Of a stretch of DNA of 64,000 nt, positions 60,646 to 64,000 are shown one piece after another. Both the position numbers and the translations under genes were made by a program. The stretch is from an uncultured Verrucomicrobiae bacterium (GTDB lineage Bacteria > Verrucomicrobiota > Verrucomicrobiia > Palsa-1439), in NCBI GenBank assembly GCA_963812605.1, contig CAWEWF010000001.1, positions 96,001 through 160,000 on the forward strand, in the 5' to 3' direction. Each line of letters starts with the position of its first letter. Position 1 is the first letter of the stretch. Below the pieces are notes generated by a model. The model had not been told where the DNA came from and did not search any database. It worked only from the letters and a program-made list of their open reading frames with translations.

Positions 60646-62591
60646 AGTTTCTCCCGTTCCTTCCGCAATGGCAGGGACAACGTGAAGGTTGCTCCTCGGC
60701 CCGGCCCGTCACTGTGTACGTGCAGGTTCCCTCCCAGGTCCTTTGCCGCGAGGGCACCGCTGTGCAGTCCAAACCCGTGCCCGTTCTTTCGTGTTGTAAA
60801 TCCGTGCTCGAAGATGCGCGTGAGATGCTCCGGCGGTATCCCCACGCCGTTGTCAATTACGCAGACCTTAACAAAACCATCGCCGTCCGTCTCCACGCGA
60901 ACCGTCAACCGCTTGTCTTTTCGCCCACTATCATTTAAGGCGAACTTGGCATTTCGCACCAGGTTGACGAGAATCTGTAGCACCTTGTGCTTATCCACAG
61001 GAACCGACGGCGTGGTGGTATATTCGCGCACCACTTGCACTTCATGGCGCGCGAGGGCGCTGACATTCATACGGAGTGCGTCTTCCACCAGGTCCACGAT
61101 GGCCAGTGTCTCCACGATGCCCGACGCGCTGGCGTAGTTTTGCTGCATGTTCACGATCACTTTGATGTGTTCGATATTCTTGTTCAGTGATTCGAGTTCA
61201 TTGAGCATCTCGTCCTGCTCGTAAATCAAGTGTTGAGCCAGGGTACTAAAGTAGCTAACCAGTTGCGTCCCCTTCGGGTGCTTGGTGAGAAACCCGGCCA
61301 AATCGTTCTCGTGCTCACGCATTAAGGCGACGGCTTTGGCTAAATCCGGCGCTTTGGACTTTTGAACCTTCTCGGACACCAATCCGGCCGAGACGTTGAC
61401 GCTATTGAGCACATTGCCGACGTTATGCAGAACGTTGGTGGCGACTTCGGCCATGCCCGCGCAACGAGAAGCTTCCAGGAGTTGCCCGTGGATGTTCTCC
61501 ATCTCTGCCTGCGCTCGCTTGCGCTCGGTGACATCGCGAGAGTTGATGATGATGCCGGCCACGCCCGGATCGGCCAACAGGTTCCTGGCTTTCGATTCGA
61601 GGTAAATCCACGAGCCATCCTTGTGGCGGAAGCGGTATTCGGCGGACGCGATTCCTTCGGGCGCTTCGGCAACCCGCCTCAATTGTTCCGACACAGGCTT
61701 CACATCGTCAGCGTGAATGTAATCGAGCGCGATGTTGCCGATCAACTCGTCGGGAGCGAAGTCCAGAAGACGTTTGGCCGACGGACTGACATAGCGGAAC
61801 CGATTGTCCTGATCGATGATTGTGATGATGTCGCTTGCATTCTCGATCAGCGAGCGAAAATGCTGTTCGCTATCTTGCAGGGCCTTGTCGCGGCCCTGGA
61901 TCTGGGCGAGCATCTCGTTGAACGCGTCAATCAAGGTGCCGACCTCGAATGAGGCGCCGGAGAGTTTGCGCGCGCGCACCTCGTAATCCTTGCCGACAGA
62001 TACTTCTTTCGCCGTTGCTGCCAGTTGGAGGATCGGCTCCGAGATCAGCCTCTGCAGCCGGTTCGACAATAACAGCGCGGCAAACATCGACATCAGCAAC
62101 ACCCCCAAGCCGATGCCGGCGTAGCGGGTCAGCCGCTCGTGTAATTCCAGCAGTTCCTCTTGCAAGTACATGGTACCGATCAGTTCGCCGTTGTGAATGA
62201 TGGGCCGATACAGAGCCAAATAGTCGTCCGTAAAGAACTCACCGCTCGCGACGGGTTTGGGTGGAACCCAGCCTTTCAGGTCACTCCGAACATACGAAGC
62301 AAACACTCGATTGTCTGGCGTGAATATACAAGCGGCCATGAGGTGTGCCTTGGCCTTTAGTGTAGCCAGCGTCCGTTCGGCGGATTTCGCATCATCGAAG
62401 GTGATGGCTGCCGCGCAGGTCCCGCCGATTAATGTGGCCAACATGGCGTGATCATCGACCACTGTTTGCCGGAAGGAGACCCAGTCGTAGGCGACGAAGG
62501 TCGTGCTGGCTAGTAGCAGTGCGACAACGCTGGTCAGCATAATGATCAGCATCAGCTTGTTCTTGAGGGACATGTTGCAGGCTGGGCGCAT
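60642..62591 (-). CDS. Membrane sensor histidine kinase (periplasmic sensor-HAMP-PAS-HK)
   Basis: Two TMs, HAMP (FNEML), PAS, LHNVGN H-box, DNGVG, GHGFGLH. Confidence 0.92.
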   Translation of the reverse strand: MRPACNMSLKNKLMLIIMLTSVVALLLASTTFVAYDWVSFRQTVVDDHAMLATLIGGTCAAAITFDDAKSAERTLATLKAKAHLMAACIFTPDNRVFASYVRSDLKGWVPPKPVASGEFFTDDYLALYRPIIHNGELIGTMYLQEELLELHERLTRYAGIGLGVLLMSMFAALLLSNRLQRLISEPILQLAATAKEVSVGKDYEVRARKLSGASFEVGTLIDAFNEMLAQIQGRDKALQDSEQHFRSLIENASDIITIIDQDNRFRYVSPSAKRLLDFAPDELIGNIALDYIHADDVKPVSEQLRRVAEAPEGIASAEYRFRHKDGSWIYLESKARNLLADPGVAGIIINSRDVTERKRAQAEMENIHGQLLEASRCAGMAEVATNVLHNVGNVLNSVNVSAGLVSEKVQKSKAPDLAKAVALMREHENDLAGFLTKHPKGTQLVSYFSTLAQHLIYEQDEMLNELESLNKNIEHIKVIVNMQQNYASASGIVETLAIVDLVEDALRMNVSALARHEVQVVREYTTTPSVPVDKHKVLQILVNLVRNAKFALNDSGRKDKRLTVRVETDGDGFVKVCVIDNGVGIPPEHLTRIFEHGFTTRKNGHGFGLHSGALAAKDLGGNLHVHSDGPGRGATFTLSLPLRKEREKL

Positions 62592-62592
62592 G

Positions 62593-63178
62593 TCAGTTGT
62601 CCTTCTCCGGATGGGTCGAGCGAACCGCGAGCGCCAGATCCAATAACTCGGAATCAATTTTCAGCACCGCGCCTTGCGCCGTCGCCACATTGATCTCGAA
62701 TCGCAATTTGCCGTCCTGCATCTTGAAGTTGATCATCCCGCCGTTTGCCAGGAATTCTTCGGTATCGCCCACAGTCAGGATATTCAATCCCTTAAGGGCG
62801 GTCAGGATTTGTGCATGGCGGGCTTGTTCAGAACGGCTGATAAAGAGAACCTGACAGTCCTTGAGATCCTCGACGCGCCGGGAGCGCTTAATTAGCAGCG
62901 TTCGACCGTTGATGGTTTTGTTCTTGATGAACCCTTCGAGAGCGTTGCCAAACGGATCTTCGCCCAGAATGCCGAAGACGATCGGGCTCTTCCGATACCG
63001 GAAACGCCGCCGCTGGCCACTCCACAAACTTGGCGAAATTGTATAGACAGGCCGCTTTCACCTGATACTCGAGTGATGGCGACTCAGCGCCACGGGCCTG
63101 TGTTCCGAGCGGAACTGCCGCACACGCGATGGCTGCCAGCAATCTCACGGTAGCCTTGAGATGGATCCATCGCGTCAT
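62593..63178 (-). CDS. YfiR/DUF4154 family periplasmic protein (frameshift near 63000)
   Basis: EYQVKAACLYNFAKFVEWP, GILGEDPFG, GGMINF, LRFEIN. Confidence 0.88.
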
Positions 63179-63180
63179 GG

Positions 63181-64000
63181 TCAAAACTTGTAGCTGCTCC
63201 GGAACCAAATCACGCGCCCCGTTTGCGGGATGATGTCGACCGTGCCGCCCGCGCTGGAGGGGACACCGGAATGTTGGTCGAAGAGATTCTCCACGCTCAA
63301 CAGGAACGTCCAATGCGGCAGGGCATTCTCCGACCGCAACGTGACCGTCGTGATGAAGGCGTCTTTCGTGTCCAAACCGGCAACGCGCGTGGGTAGATCA
63401 CTCACGAAGTTCTCACGGAGCGAAGCGGTGAGTTTCTCGCCGACGATTGGCGTTACAACACCGAGATTGGCGATCCACGCGGGACTGTTGATTGGCGGTC
63501 CAGCGCTGAAGTGCGATTGCTGCCAGGTGCCGTTGACAAAGCCTCGCACGCCATTGGTAAACTGCTTGTTCAATTCCGCTTCCAGACCGGTGGTTCGCAC
63601 GTTGAAGGCGTTATCGAAGATATTCTGGGTGAGATTTTGTACCTTCGCCGCGATGAGATCAGTCGCCTCGTTGTGAAACGCGGACAGACGGCCAAATAAT
63701 CCGTGGCGAAAATCCTGTTCCACCACCAGTTCGTAGGTCGCGATCTGTTCCGGTTTGATGTTTGGATTGGCGATACCCGTTCCGGAGCCGGCGGGATAGG
63801 TAGATTCATACTGGCTGGGAGTGCGGAATGCCTGCCCGTACAGCAGCTTCACGGTGGTTTGTGTGGTGGCCTTCCAGACCAAGGCCGCTCGCGGGGTGAA
63901 TCGGGACAGGGATGATTCCGGATAGGCATCATAACGGCCACCCACCGTCAGTGTTAGCGGCGGCAAGAAGTGGAACTCATCCTGCGCGTAGAAGGCATAG
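63181..64000 (-). CDS. TonB-dependent receptor, C-terminal part
   Basis: YAQDE, GGRYD, LYGQAFRTP, KPEQ, VENLFD, terminal Phe; open to the window end. Confidence 0.9.
   Translation of the reverse strand, partial: YAFYAQDEFHFLPPLTLTVGGRYDAYPESSLSRFTPRAALVWKATTQTTVKLLYGQAFRTPSQYESTYPAGSGTGIANPNIKPEQIATYELVVEQDFRHGLFGRLSAFHNEATDLIAAKVQNLTQNIFDNAFNVRTTGLEAELNKQFTNGVRGFVNGTWQQSHFSAGPPINSPAWIANLGVVTPIVGEKLTASLRENFVSDLPTRVAGLDTKDAFITTVTLRSENALPHWTFLLSVENLFDQHSGVPSSAGGTVDIIPQTGRVIWFRSSYKF

Noticed and set aside
60991-60999. Perfect DnaA box TTATCCACA
   Set aside because: Single copy inside the kinase CDS (antisense of the Val-Asp-Lys codons); no box cluster or AT-rich unwinding region

Overview
GC-rich bacterial chromosome segment. 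Gene styles (DUF4032-like protein, extended FabH, STN-like orphan) suggest Verrucomicrobiota/PVC; this is inference. Layout: (1) 1-10.3 kb: EmrAB-OMF efflux operon, coaD-yceD-rpmF-plsX-fabH, PilZ-like gene and pilT. (2) 10.3-13.6 kb: a Type II R-M module (C protein, putative REase, gamma-class m6A MTase) before mnmE-mnmG; mnmG carries an internal parS palindrome. (3) 17-41 kb: housekeeping genes (PyrR-attenuated pyrR-pyrB-pyrC-carA, udg, rluD, lgt, MacAB-TolC-like exporter, NtrC-type two-component pair, apgM, upp, moeA). (4) From tRNA-Arg(TCT) at 41.4 kb: an integrative island with tyrosine integrase, excisionase, an inverted-repeat cluster and a Type I R-M system carrying two HEPN-motif genes and a putative HhH-type glycosylase. 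It is followed by a LexA-linked mutagenesis module centred on one ORF fusing a Y-family DinB polymerase to a C-family DnaE polymerase (3' truncated), plus MmcB-like nuclease, Zn-ribbon and SRAP genes. (5) The window ends in a TonB receptor-YfiR-histidine kinase-response regulator operon. Many genes carry single-base frameshifts clustered in particular blocks, probably consensus errors. All family assignments come from motif recognition by eye, not from database searches.
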